From positions 1 through 64,000 of the forward strand of contig JBMYOQ010000007.1 of the NCBI GenBank assembly GCA_049599475.1: a DNA stretch of 64,000 nt, written 5' to 3'. A program made the position numbers and the translations under genes. Of the stretch, positions 1-9,226 are shown in pieces. The notes under the pieces are model-generated. The model saw only the letters and a program-made list of their open reading frames with translations, ran no database searches and had not been told where the DNA came from. Source of the stretch: Opitutales bacterium. GTDB taxonomy: Bacteria; Verrucomicrobiota; Verrucomicrobiia; Opitutales; JABSRG01. How positions within the stretch are numbered: position 1 is the first letter of the stretch; every line of letters starts with the position of its first letter.

Positions 1-33
1 GGTGGAATCAGCAAAGCATGCCGATGAGCGCGC

Positions 34-64
34 AAAAAAAAAAGGCGCCGAGAGGGGCGCCTTT
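34..64 (-). terminator. Rho-independent terminator
   Basis: GGCGCC stem pair with a 10-A run on + (U-tract on -), just downstream of the 98..535 gene. Confidence 0.7.
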
Positions 65-97
65 GTCGAAAAATAGGTGGTTGCCTTGTCGGGCGAA

Positions 98-535
98 CTA
101 CTCGTCGATCTTGAATTCGTCGTGGCCTTCGCCCTTTGAGGCTTTCACGGCGGCCCATGCAGTTTTCGCAGCATCGAAGTCTTTCATAAGGAGAGCTTGT
201 TCGAACTGCACCAGTGCGAGGAGAGTCTTGGTCATCGCGATCTTGTATTTGACCTGATAGGCGTCGGCATCAGCGATAGGAGCGCCGTCGGGGAGCTCGA
301 CTTCGACTTTCTTGGAAAGGACTGCGCCTTCTTGCATGGTTTGGGCTGCGTCGAGGAGTTTTGCCAAATTCTCTTCAGGGGAGCGGATCGCGCGACCTGC
401 TACGCGATAGGCGTCCTGCATTTCTTCCATGAGGTCATGTAGATTGCCTCCAGCATGGGATGTGAGAGGCAGGGCTGAAGTGAGGATCAGCATGCAGAGG
501 GCTGCGAGGCTAGTGCGCTTGGTCGATGTTTTCAT
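98..535 (-). CDS. Exported four-helix protein, cytochrome b562-like
   Basis: Likely start MKTSTKR at 535; Sec signal ending SHA; N-terminal LHDLMEEM (candidate Met ligand) and C-terminal GHDEFK (candidate His ligand). Confidence 0.55.
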   Translation of the reverse strand: MKTSTKRTSLAALCMLILTSALPLTSHAGGNLHDLMEEMQDAYRVAGRAIRSPEENLAKLLDAAQTMQEGAVLSKKVEVELPDGAPIADADAYQVKYKIAMTKTLLALVQFEQALLMKDFDAAKTAWAAVKASKGEGHDEFKIDE

Positions 536-584
536 AGTGAGGGCTGTTTGTTTGATTATTTTGGTTTCGAAGTCCGTAAAGTGG

Positions 585-1484
585 CTAACGGAATAGGTCG
601 AAAAAGGTTTCGTCGCCGTAGACAAGTTCACCGCCGGTGTGCCCTGCAATGGAAACAGCGATTGCGCTGATTGTCAGGCATACCCAAAAGAAAATCTCTA
701 CGGACATGATGCGCTTCTCTTGGCTCCGAGCGAGGTGAGCGATGTAGGCTAGGGTGGCGCTGATAGCGACTCCGACCCCAGACCAGCGATGATTAAATAC
801 ACTCTCGTCGGTATATCCTGATACCTCAGCATGGATCCATCCGCTGGCAACGGATAAAATAGCAATGAATGCTCCGAAAAATAGGCACCAGGATGTGACT
901 GGCCGCGCATTGGGGGTGATTTTCAATAGCTCAGAAAGTGAGGCCAGGAAGGCGATCAAGATGAGAGCGATCGGGAAATGGATGACCAAAACGTGCAGTC
1001 GGCCGAGAGCGATATTGAAGGTGTTTGCAGGTGTCTCGATCTCCTCGACTTCTGGAGGTGCTGGAGCTGAGGCGCTCTCTAGTTTGGGCGCAGGCGCTCC
1101 CGCATTGATCCAGAGTTTTACCAATTCTGCTTCGACCTCGGTAAGAGGCGGGCAATCGCTATCGGGCGGAGGCATGAGAAATTCAGGATCGGGATCCGTG
1201 ACGATGAGATATATCTCTGAATCTTCGGCATTACCTGGAATGATCAGGTCTTCGTCTGCCCGCATGCTCTCGAAATCGAGAACGGTTCCAAATTTTCCCT
1301 TGCTGCGAGAGCGCGAGGTGCCGTCGTGGCATTCGGCGCAGCTACGCTCAAAGATGCGATAGACGGGTAGGGCTGCTTCAACCCCGTCGAATTGGAAAGC
1401 GGGCTCCTGTGCCTGGAGCGCTGAGAAAGATAGCAGGCCGGAAATTTGAATCAGGATAGGGGTGATGAATCTCAAAATGCGCAT
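585..1484 (-). CDS. Planctomycete-type cytochrome c domain fused to a DUF2231-like membrane domain
   Basis: Signal peptide; CAECH heme motif; IIPGNAEDSEIY...MPP...WINAGA; C-terminal LHVLVIHFPIAL, HRWSG and AGHTGGELVYG TM domain. Start 1484 or 1508. Confidence 0.75.
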   Translation of the reverse strand: MRILRFITPILIQISGLLSFSALQAQEPAFQFDGVEAALPVYRIFERSCAECHDGTSRSRSKGKFGTVLDFESMRADEDLIIPGNAEDSEIYLIVTDPDPEFLMPPPDSDCPPLTEVEAELVKLWINAGAPAPKLESASAPAPPEVEEIETPANTFNIALGRLHVLVIHFPIALILIAFLASLSELLKITPNARPVTSWCLFFGAFIAILSVASGWIHAEVSGYTDESVFNHRWSGVGVAISATLAYIAHLARSQEKRIMSVEIFFWVCLTISAIAVSIAGHTGGELVYGDETFFDLFR

Positions 1485-1635
1485 AAATGCGGGCTCTGGG
1501 GAATACATGAATCTAATAGATCTCCTATTACCATCAGGCGGCTTAGTGGAAGCATTAAGTGGCCCGATATTTAAAAACTATGGAAAAAGCTTGAAAGCCT
1601 GGGGCTTGAATAGGATCTTCCAAGGTTTGAAAGAC

Positions 1636-1709
<74 letters not shown>

Positions 1710-1717
1710 TTTCCTCA

Positions 1718-2647
1718 ATGGAGAAATCTGAAAGCCACACAGTGTTGCCCGATGTATGGGCCGAGCGACTCCATCGGTTCGAGGAATTCCTGGCGTTTGA
1801 AGAAAGGCGCTCAAAATACACGGTCCGCAATTACGTGAAGGCTGTAGAAGCGTTTCTTCGGTGGGTCTTCTCAATTAATCCTGGGACAGCTATGAATGCG
1901 CGGCTCGTGCGCAGCTATGTTGTCGAGATGCAAAGGTCTCACGAAAGACGAACGGTGCATAATCACGTCTCAGGCATGCGTGTCTTTTTTAAGTGGCTCC
2001 GGCGTGAAGGTGAAATGGATGAGAATCCGATGCTTGGGGTGCGCTTGCCGAAGCTGGACCGTCCCTTACCGGTTCACCTCACGGAAGTTCAGGTGAAGGC
2101 GCTTCTTGAAGCGCCGATGCAGCTCTCGAGTCAGGAGAAGATCACGCCCTTTGAAGCCTGGCGAGATACGCTGGTGCTCGAGGTCCTCTATGGAGGTGGG
2201 CTGCGCATCAGCGAATTGTGCGGGCTCCTAGTAAAAAATGTAGATGCAAAGGCGGCTGTAGTCCGTGTATTGGGAAAAGGGAATAAGGAGCGGGTGTGCC
2301 CGGTAGGAGCGGTCGCGATTCAGGTGTTTGACCATTATATGCAGCACTACCGTGGGAGTTATGCGATGGACTCCGCTGTATTCATAAAACGAGACGGAGA
2401 GCCTTTGACTCCAAGGGTCATTCAAGCTCGTTTAAAAATCTACCTGAAGTATGCAGATTTACCGATGGATCTGACACCGCATAAGCTGCGGCACTCGTTT
2501 GCGACCCATCTACTCGACCATGGAGCGGACTTGCGCATGGTGCAGAGTATGCTGGGGCACGCGAGCCTGTCATCGACTCAGATCTACACGCATGTTGGAA
2601 TATCTAGGCTCAAAAAAGCGCATGCGCAGGCTCACCCAAGAGCATAG
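1718..2647 (+). CDS. xerC: Tyrosine recombinase, XerC/XerD type
   Basis: GLRISEL, GKGNKER, TPHKLRHSFATHLLDHGADLRMVQSMLGHASLSSTQIYTHV, C-terminal AHPRA; xerC versus xerD is uncertain. Confidence 0.85.
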   Translation: MEKSESHTVLPDVWAERLHRFEEFLAFEERRSKYTVRNYVKAVEAFLRWVFSINPGTAMNARLVRSYVVEMQRSHERRTVHNHVSGMRVFFKWLRREGEMDENPMLGVRLPKLDRPLPVHLTEVQVKALLEAPMQLSSQEKITPFEAWRDTLVLEVLYGGGLRISELCGLLVKNVDAKAAVVRVLGKGNKERVCPVGAVAIQVFDHYMQHYRGSYAMDSAVFIKRDGEPLTPRVIQARLKIYLKYADLPMDLTPHKLRHSFATHLLDHGADLRMVQSMLGHASLSSTQIYTHVGISRLKKAHAQAHPRA

Positions 2648-3028
2648 TTGGCGAAAATTTTTGAGAAATTCACAGTTTCTCGGCAGGATTGCTTTTTGGA
2701 ACCGTATCAGGAGCAGTCGTTTGCCTTATTATGATTTATCAAGAATTCCTAGAATACCTGTTCATGGCGCTCTTCTACGCCATTGCCCCTGTCGTTTTTC
2801 TTTTCAGAATTTTTCTAAGAAATCAGAGAAATTGCCTTTTTTTTTGATTTGGATCGTTCGACCGCTTGAGGTGCTCTGTAATCGCCGATTTCGAGGCGAA
2901 CACCTCAATATCTAGGGGTGAATTTTGTTTCGATATCTACATTTTGTGTAAACGAGGTTAAAAACGGGCTCTAATAACCCTAAGAAGGTTGACAGTTTCC
3001 TGTGGCTCTCGTGATATCCTTAATTCCG

Positions 3029-3631
3029 ATGGATATTACCGACGGGCAGCCAGTTCTTGTTTTAAATCGCGTGTGGCAGGCTGTTAACATTGTAGGCGTT
3101 AAACGCGCTTTTTCGCTTCTGCTTCAGGGGCATGCTCAGGCAATTCACTCGGACACTGGACGATTCGACATCATGGGTGGCGAAGAGTGGGTAGCCTTTT
3201 CAATCGAAAATCCACCACGACCTGGTGCACCTGTTGTGAGGACCGTAAAATATGCTTTGCGGGTTCCGACTGTTTTGATTCTTCGCGAATATGATAAGCT
3301 ACCTGCGCAGGAGGTGAAATTTCACCGGAGAGCGGTGTTTGAGCGCGATAAGCACCATTGTCAGTACTGCGGTAAGCATTTTCACGAGAGTGAGTTGAAT
3401 TTGGACCACGTAATTCCGCGCGACCATGGAGGCAAGACGACGTGGGAAAACATTGTTACCTCGTGTATTCGGTGCAATAGCCGCAAGGCAAACCGACTGC
3501 CCCACGAAGCCAGTATGCATCTTGTGCGTAAGCCAGAGCGTCCGCGCTGGCGTCCATTTGTAAGTACTATTCCCGAGCGTCAGATTAGCGAAGCTTGGAA
3601 ACCTTTCTTAAATAAACTGACTCAAGATTGA
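3029..3631 (+). CDS. HNH endonuclease (McrA-like family)
   Basis: N-terminal VLVLN; RDKHHCQYCG...LDHVIPRDHGGKTTWENIVTSCIRCNSRK; TTGACA at 2989 favours the 3029 start. Confidence 0.9.
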   Translation: MDITDGQPVLVLNRVWQAVNIVGVKRAFSLLLQGHAQAIHSDTGRFDIMGGEEWVAFSIENPPRPGAPVVRTVKYALRVPTVLILREYDKLPAQEVKFHRRAVFERDKHHCQYCGKHFHESELNLDHVIPRDHGGKTTWENIVTSCIRCNSRKANRLPHEASMHLVRKPERPRWRPFVSTIPERQISEAWKPFLNKLTQD

Positions 3632-3664
3632 TTCGGGCGCAGTTCCCGATCAGGGCAATGAGAT

Positions 3665-4051
3665 CTAGGCTGTTGCGCTGCTCTTCTTCGCGTTCTCGAA
3701 TACCCAGAGCGCTTCTTTGAGCGTCTGCTCATTGAAAGGTTTAGAGAGGAAGTCGTTTGCACCCGCGCGAATAGCTGATTGGCGATCCTTCAGCTCATCA
3801 TTGCCCGATAGGAAAAAGATAGGGATGGTGTCCATACCTTCGATTTCGCGAATCTGTCGGCAGGCTTCGACGCCGTTTAGGACGGGCATCGTGTAATCTA
3901 ACAGGATGAGGTCTGGCTTTACTTCGCGAGCCTTCTCAATTGCTTCGAGTCCGTTTTTCGCTGAGGTGCCAGCGTATCCCATTGTCTCGAGAACGGCTAT
4001 TGCCAACTCGATGTTTATACCGTGGTCGTCAGCTACCAAAACTTTTTTCAT
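3665..4051 (-). CDS. Single-domain response regulator (receiver)
   Basis: VLVADD, PDLILLDYTMP, FLSKPF. Confidence 0.92.
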   Translation of the reverse strand: MKKVLVADDHGINIELAIAVLETMGYAGTSAKNGLEAIEKAREVKPDLILLDYTMPVLNGVEACRQIREIEGMDTIPIFFLSGNDELKDRQSAIRAGANDFLSKPFNEQTLKEALWVFENAKKSSATA

Positions 4052-4101
4052 ATTCAGCGGGTCTAAGGGTTCAAATAGGATCGATTGCTTTACGGGCGCA
4101 G

Positions 4102-4128
4102 AAGTCGGTTAATCTGAAGCATTCTTTA
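4102..4128 (-). promoter_or_regulatory. Candidate sigma28 (FliA) promoter for the response regulator
   Basis: TAAA-N15-ACCGACTT on the - strand. Confidence 0.45.
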
Positions 4129-4195
4129 ACCGTATTTGAGAATCGATTTGCCAAACCCAACACTGATGATCCACTTGAGGAGTCACAACTACCCC

Positions 4196-4222
4196 TCATG
4201 AATCGTTCTGAATAGCCGATAC
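4196..4222 (+). promoter_or_regulatory. Candidate sigma28 promoter for the MshEN-like/pilB operon
   Basis: TCAT-N15-GCCGATAC. Confidence 0.45.
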
Positions 4223-4276
4223 TGATTTCTGTGTTAGCTGAATCAGCCGGCCATCATCTGCAAAACACTCTTTTTT

Positions 4277-4789
4277 ATGAATTCTTCCCACGCACTTCTT
4301 GTAAAAGCCAACCGTATGTTGGGGTCGCAGCTTGTGGAGTTGAACCTCATCACCTACGAAGCTCTTGAGAATGCCAACGAGAAATTCCTCGATGCCCTGC
4401 ACGCAAGTGATTCAAAGAACGCGAGTTTACTCCGAATCTTGCTTGCTGAAACTCAAGAACTGAAAGAGCAGGATTTGATCGAAGAACAGGTCGAAAACCA
4501 CGGGCTTTCTCCCTGCTCATTAGAACATATCGGGTTCAGTCCCAGTGATTGGGAACCGGAATTAGTGGACGCATGCTACGCCACGCGAACGATCCCTGTC
4601 GACAAGGTGGAAGAAGTCGTATTCCTGGCTTCTAGCTGTTACTTGAGTCGCCCAGTAAGGGAATTTTGGACCAAGCTTTATGGGGACACCATTGTTTGGC
4701 TGGTGGTACCCTTTGCGCAGATCGAAGAGCGCTTGCAAATGTTTGCTGAGGCACACGCGGATGAATCCACTGAAGCGGAGGCCAAGTAG
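4277..4789 (+). CDS. Stand-alone MshEN/GSPII_N-like domain protein
   Basis: RMLGSQLVELNLITYEALENA resembles the MshEN motif; TIPVDKVEEVVFLASS resembles the GSPII_N beta region; directly upstream of pilB; paralog at 11878. Confidence 0.55.
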   Translation: MNSSHALLVKANRMLGSQLVELNLITYEALENANEKFLDALHASDSKNASLLRILLAETQELKEQDLIEEQVENHGLSPCSLEHIGFSPSDWEPELVDACYATRTIPVDKVEEVVFLASSCYLSRPVREFWTKLYGDTIVWLVVPFAQIEERLQMFAEAHADESTEAEAK

Positions 4790-4838
4790 GGGCTCTGCAT
4801 TCATACTTTTAAATAGGAAACGATTTAGATTTTAAAAC

Positions 4839-6581
4839 ATGGCGCTCGCGAGAATACAGGCAACTATCGTCAATCACTTGATCGATTTGGGAAAGCTCTC
4901 CGAAGAAGATGCAGAGACCATCCTAAGCACAGAGGAAGAACTGGCTGGTGAACAAGTGGACAAGATGCTCATCGAGGAGCACAAAGTCAGCGAGTTTTTC
5001 CTGCTCGTTGCGAAGAGCCGGGCCTTTAATATGTCTCCCTTCAATGCCTCGAAGTATTCGGTAGACGAACATACCTTCGAGAAATTTGATCAGGAGTTTT
5101 GTATCGAGAATCATGTGCTCCCTATAGGTATTGTTGGGGATTACTACGTTGTAGCTGTTTCAAATCCGTTTAATATGCAGCTGAATCAGCGGATTCAGGA
5201 AATTACGGGTCTGAAAGTCAGTATGCTGCTTTCACTTGAGCGGGACATTAGTTCAAAGCTCGAGAAGAAGGAGGAGGTTCCGCAGAGTGCAGACTTTTCC
5301 GATGTCGTCGACGCCTTGGGCGCAGATTTTGAGGAATCGGAGGATTTGGAAGAGACTATGGGGGATGAGGAATCTGCCCCCATCATCCAGCTTGCAAATC
5401 GAATCATTGAGGACGCCTATTATTCGGGCGGATCCGATATTCATATTGATCCCTTTGAGAAGGACACACGGATACGGGTACGTATCGATGGTGTGTTGCA
5501 GGAAAAATTACGCATCCCGTCTAAAGTGTCGGGAGCCCTTATGGCCCGCCTCAAGGTGATGTCTGACCTCGATATTGCTGAGAAGCGACTCCCTCAGGAC
5601 GGACGTATTGTATTCAAGCAATACACACGCAAAAATATCGATGTCGATTTACGTGTATCTACCTCTCCCCTGAATCACGGGGAAGGCGCTGTTATGCGTA
5701 TTCTGGATAAGCAGAAATCTACCTTGCCACTCCCGATGCTTGGTTTCTCAGAGCAAAACTTGGAGATGTATCGTGAGCTCATTCAGCGGCCTTATGGTAT
5801 GATTTTGCACTGCGGCCCTACCGGTTCGGGTAAATCGATGACACTGTATTCGGCGCTCAACGAAATCAATACACCGGACCTCTGTATCAGAACTGCGGAG
5901 GATCCGATCGAGTATACGCTCCCTGGACTCGCCCAGATGCAGATGAACCGCAAGATTGGCCTGACCTTTGCCGCCGCGCTGCGGGCCTTCCTACGTCAAG
6001 ACCCCGACATAATCCTCGTGGGGGAAATTCGAGATAGGGAAACGGCGGGTATCGCGGTTGAGGCAGCGCTTACGGGTCACATGCTATTCTCGACTTTGCA
6101 CACCAACGATGCTCCATCCACAGTTGCGCGTCTCACTGAGATGGGAGTCGAGCCTTTCATGATTTCTGCGTCAATTGTGTGTGTGTGTGCACAGCGTCTC
6201 ATGAGACGGGTAAACAAAAATACCAAGGTCCAATATCAACCCGAGGGCAATGAGCTGGAGATCATTCAGCGGGCTATTGGCTATTCGGGACCCGTCTTTG
6301 GAGCTGGGCCGGAAGATAATCCAATCGGCCCCCCGTACAAAGGGCGTGTGGGTATCCACGAGCTCATGCCAACATCTGAGGAGCTCATTAAGGGTATCAA
6401 TGATGGCTTGGAAGCTGCGAAGCTAAAAGAAGTAGCTATGCGCAATGGTATGAGAACTCTTCACCAAGACAGTATGCTTAAGGTGAAAGAAGGGGTGACC
6501 ACGACTGAAGAAGCTCTCTCCACCGTACCTCCAGATATGGAGGATATCTCAGAATTCGTTGAACAGGAAGCAGCTTCGTAA
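4839..6581 (+). CDS. pilB: Type IV pilus/T2SS assembly ATPase, PilB/GspE family
   Basis: [29 protein letters not shown], Walker [37 protein letters not shown]. Confidence 0.92.
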   Translation: MALARIQATIVNHLIDLGKLSEEDAETILSTEEELAGEQVDKMLIEEHKVSEFFLLVAKSRAFNMSPFNASKYSVDEHTFEKFDQEFCIENHVLPIGIVGDYYVVAVSNPFNMQLNQRIQEITGLKVSMLLSLERDISSKLEKKEEVPQSADFSDVVDALGADFEESEDLEETMGDEESAPIIQLANRIIEDAYYSGGSDIHIDPFEKDTRIRVRIDGVLQEKLRIPSKVSGALMARLKVMSDLDIAEKRLPQDGRIVFKQYTRKNIDVDLRVSTSPLNHGEGAVMRILDKQKSTLPLPMLGFSEQNLEMYRELIQRPYGMILHCGPTGSGKSMTLYSALNEINTPDLCIRTAEDPIEYTLPGLAQMQMNRKIGLTFAAALRAFLRQDPDIILVGEIRDRETAGIAVEAALTGHMLFSTLHTNDAPSTVARLTEMGVEPFMISASIVCVCAQRLMRRVNKNTKVQYQPEGNELEIIQRAIGYSGPVFGAGPEDNPIGPPYKGRVGIHELMPTSEELIKGINDGLEAAKLKEVAMRNGMRTLHQDSMLKVKEGVTTTEEALSTVPPDMEDISEFVEQEAAS

Positions 6582-6628
6582 GGTCGGTAGTTTACTTTGA
6601 CTTAGCTCCCTTTTGATGAGCTTGGGCG

Positions 6629-6766
6629 CTAGACTAATTCTCAAAAGTACATTCGTAAACCAAAGGTAGCGGCCGCCGATCCCGGCGGCCGAATATGCGC
6701 TGAAAAGCCGCCGGGGTCGTCGGCTTCTACCAAAATAAACGAAAACACTTTTGAGAACCGATATAG
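6629..6766. mobile_element. MITE-like element (copy 1) carrying an inverted GTAG-REP pair
   Basis: Terminal inverted repeats CTA-N6-TTCTCAAAAGT at both ends; internal GTAG...CTAC palindromic doublet at 6665-6731. Confidence 0.6.
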
Positions 6767-6805
6767 GCTGATGAAGAGAGACGGCGTATGCGACTATGCC
6801 ATACG

Positions 6806-6838
6806 AAAAAAAATGCCTTCCAGCTGACCGGAAGGCAT
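6806..6838 (-). terminator. Rho-independent terminator
   Basis: TGCCTTCC/GGAAGGCA stem with an 8-A run, downstream of the DUF481 gene. Confidence 0.7.
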
Positions 6839-6877
6839 CGAAATGTTCAGAATGAGAATTGTCTCAGATCCGTGGGC

Positions 6878-7912
6878 TTAGTCCCAAGTTAGGCCGAGGC
6901 TGGTATAAATCATTGTATCCAGTTCATCTACACCGGGGCCTGGCTCAGAGACGTAATCATTCTCAACGCCAGCACGAATATTCCACCGGCCTCCGCCGCT
7001 GATAGGCACTTGAACCCATGTGTCGTGTTCGATACGGAAACTGCCAGGATCGTCGAAGGCGGCCAGGAAGTTAACTTCGGTCTCGGTGACGATCAGATTT
7101 TCGAATTCATAGTGATGGAGTAGGCCGAGGTCGAAACCCATGACTTCTTCATCATCAATCGTCGAATACGCAGTGTATTGGTACGCGAGACCGGCGGTTG
7201 TATCCAGATAGTGTTTGGAGTCACCATAAACCTTGTAGGAAAGACCTCCGGCTCCGATCGCTCTTAGATCCACATCTTCGAATTCATCGTTTTCAGCTTC
7301 GGATCTGACAAACCAACCCCATTTCTCCGAGAAGAAGGTCGTGTATCGTGCGCCAATGATTGTTTCACGCTCGGTGGTTACTCCATCTGTTTCCCCGCTC
7401 TCGTGTTGAGCGTAGAGCCGGAGTCTATCCGTAGGGCCTTCCAATTGGGCCTCCAGTGCGATGCGTGCCTCAATTTCTTCAGTGTTTCCCTGGTTGATAC
7501 TCGCGTCTACAGCTGCTCTGAAAAGCCAATTGCGTTGTAAAGCTGCGATGTCTGGATCCATAGCACCCGGGAGCCATGATATGCGGATGTCTTCCTTCGG
7601 GGTCTTTAGGGACCCTTCGCTGCCCTGGACAGAGACCGTTCCAGAGTCATCGGTGCTCACTTTACCAGTTACGGTGTCACCAGATTCCAAGCGAACGGAC
7701 AGGGTGTCTTCGGTGCTAAATGTTTCCACCTGTTCCATCGGGATTTCGAGAGTGCCTGCAAATTCAGTTTCCAGAGTGAGGACTCCGTCTGAGATTCCTG
7801 AAATGGTTCCGACGAGTTTTGAGCCGTTAAAGGTCACAACTTCGTCTGCCAGGAGATGGGCGGTCGACGCAATAGCTGTGATTAAGCTAAGTAAAGCGGT
7901 CTTCTTCTTCAT
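6878..7912 (-). CDS. DUF481-like outer-membrane beta-barrel protein
   Basis: Signal peptide; N-terminal ADEVVTFNGSKLVGTI repeat domain; amphipathic strands; terminal YTSLGLTWD. Confidence 0.75.
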   Translation of the reverse strand: MKKKTALLSLITAIASTAHLLADEVVTFNGSKLVGTISGISDGVLTLETEFAGTLEIPMEQVETFSTEDTLSVRLESGDTVTGKVSTDDSGTVSVQGSEGSLKTPKEDIRISWLPGAMDPDIAALQRNWLFRAAVDASINQGNTEEIEARIALEAQLEGPTDRLRLYAQHESGETDGVTTERETIIGARYTTFFSEKWGWFVRSEAENDEFEDVDLRAIGAGGLSYKVYGDSKHYLDTTAGLAYQYTAYSTIDDEEVMGFDLGLLHHYEFENLIVTETEVNFLAAFDDPGSFRIEHDTWVQVPISGGGRWNIRAGVENDYVSEPGPGVDELDTMIYTSLGLTWD

Positions 7913-8115
7913 GTATGGTGAGAGCTAGTAAGTAGTGTAATTGATCAAATCATAGGAGTAATAGTGGATATTCAAGATCAAGTTCGTGAATTATGGGCGG
8001 GTTTTAGGTTACTACAGTGAGAAAAATGACCTATAGCCGAGGAGTCGCATTATTCGTGCTGCTTAGGGTGACTGGCGCTGACGCCTATTCTGTAATCTGA
8101 AAACTATCTGTTATT

Positions 8116-8580
8116 ATGAAGCTGAGTCATTTTTTCCTCTTCGCTATCCTCACGCTCTCGCTATCGCGAGGACTCCATGCGCACTGCCAGGTACCTTGTG
8201 GTATTTATGGCGATGAGCTAAAGTTTGGTGAGCTGGAACAGCACGTTGAGACGATAGCGAAAGCATCGACTCAGCTGCAGTCCTATGGTGCAAAGAGTGC
8301 ATTGACCGCGCAGGATTTGCAGCAGGTGGCGCGTTGGACGAGTAATAAGGAATCGCACGCCGCAAAGATCATCGACGAAGCGGCAAACTACTTCCTCGCA
8401 CAACGCATTAAACCAGATGCGGAGCATTATGCGGAAAAGCTCGAGCTCCTCCACCATATCATTGTTTTTTCAATGAAGTCCAAGCAACAGGCGGATCCAG
8501 CTGTCGCCAAGACGCTCGGAGAGAAGATTGCTGCGTTCAAGAGGCTCTATCTCGACCACGATCATACGCACAGCCACTAA
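8116..8580 (+). CDS. sodN: Nickel superoxide dismutase with Sec-type signal peptide
   Basis: Ni-hook HCQVPCGIY directly after a hydrophobic signal ending LHA; KESHA, YFLAQRIKP, MKSKQ; His-rich C-terminus. Confidence 0.85.
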   Translation: MKLSHFFLFAILTLSLSRGLHAHCQVPCGIYGDELKFGELEQHVETIAKASTQLQSYGAKSALTAQDLQQVARWTSNKESHAAKIIDEAANYFLAQRIKPDAEHYAEKLELLHHIIVFSMKSKQQADPAVAKTLGEKIAAFKRLYLDHDHTHSH

Positions 8581-8607
8581 GCCTCAATAGATTTGGTTTT
8601 CCGAAGT

Positions 8608-8636
8608 GCCCAGGTTCCAAGTGCCTGGGCTTTTTT
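8608..8636 (+). terminator. Rho-independent terminator
   Basis: GCCCAGG/CCTGGGC stem plus T6 after sodN. Confidence 0.75.
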
Positions 8637-8683
8637 GTGAATAGATTTGTCTTTCTGGCAAATTCGAGAACCGTCCCTTCCCT

Positions 8684-9175
8684 ATGGCAAAACAAGCATG
8701 GTTGATGAAATCGGAACCCGATGTGTTCTCATTTCAAGATCTCCAATCAAGACCTAAGCAGACTGAACCCTGGGATGGGGTGCGCAATTACCAGGCACGC
8801 AATTTTATGCGTGATACCATGAAGATTGGCGATCCCGTCCTCTTCTATCACTCGAATGCGACTCCGCCCGGAGTCGCTGGCCTGGCGAGGATCTCCAGTG
8901 GAGCTCGGCCGGACCTCCTGGCATTCGATAAGAAGAGCAAGTATTTTGACCCCAAGTCGGATCCAGATAATCCCCGCTGGCTGCTGGTCGATGTGACCTT
9001 TGTTGCTGAGTTCCCGCAGTTTGTGTCCTTGGCCACTCTCAAGGAAGATCCGAAGCTTGAAGAGATGTTGGTGACTAAGCGCGGTCAGCGCCTTTCGATT
9101 CAGCCGGTAGAGTGGAAACATCTATTGCGCGTGCTGAAACTGGGAGGGTTGAGCGCCGATTACCTTGCGAGTTAA
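8684..9175 (+). CDS. EVE domain protein
   Basis: WLMKSEPDVFS, WDGVRNYQARNFMR, FYHSN, YFDPKS, RLSIQPV. Confidence 0.92.
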   Translation: MAKQAWLMKSEPDVFSFQDLQSRPKQTEPWDGVRNYQARNFMRDTMKIGDPVLFYHSNATPPGVAGLARISSGARPDLLAFDKKSKYFDPKSDPDNPRWLLVDVTFVAEFPQFVSLATLKEDPKLEEMLVTKRGQRLSIQPVEWKHLLRVLKLGGLSADYLAS

Positions 9176-9226
9176 CGCTTTACGCTAGGGGCGAAAGGTG
9201 TAGGGTCGAGGGTTTCGTCTATACCA

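Noticed and set aside
2715..2745. Possible dif site near xerC
   Set aside because: Only a partial TTATG match; no convincing 28-bp XerC/XerD arm pair
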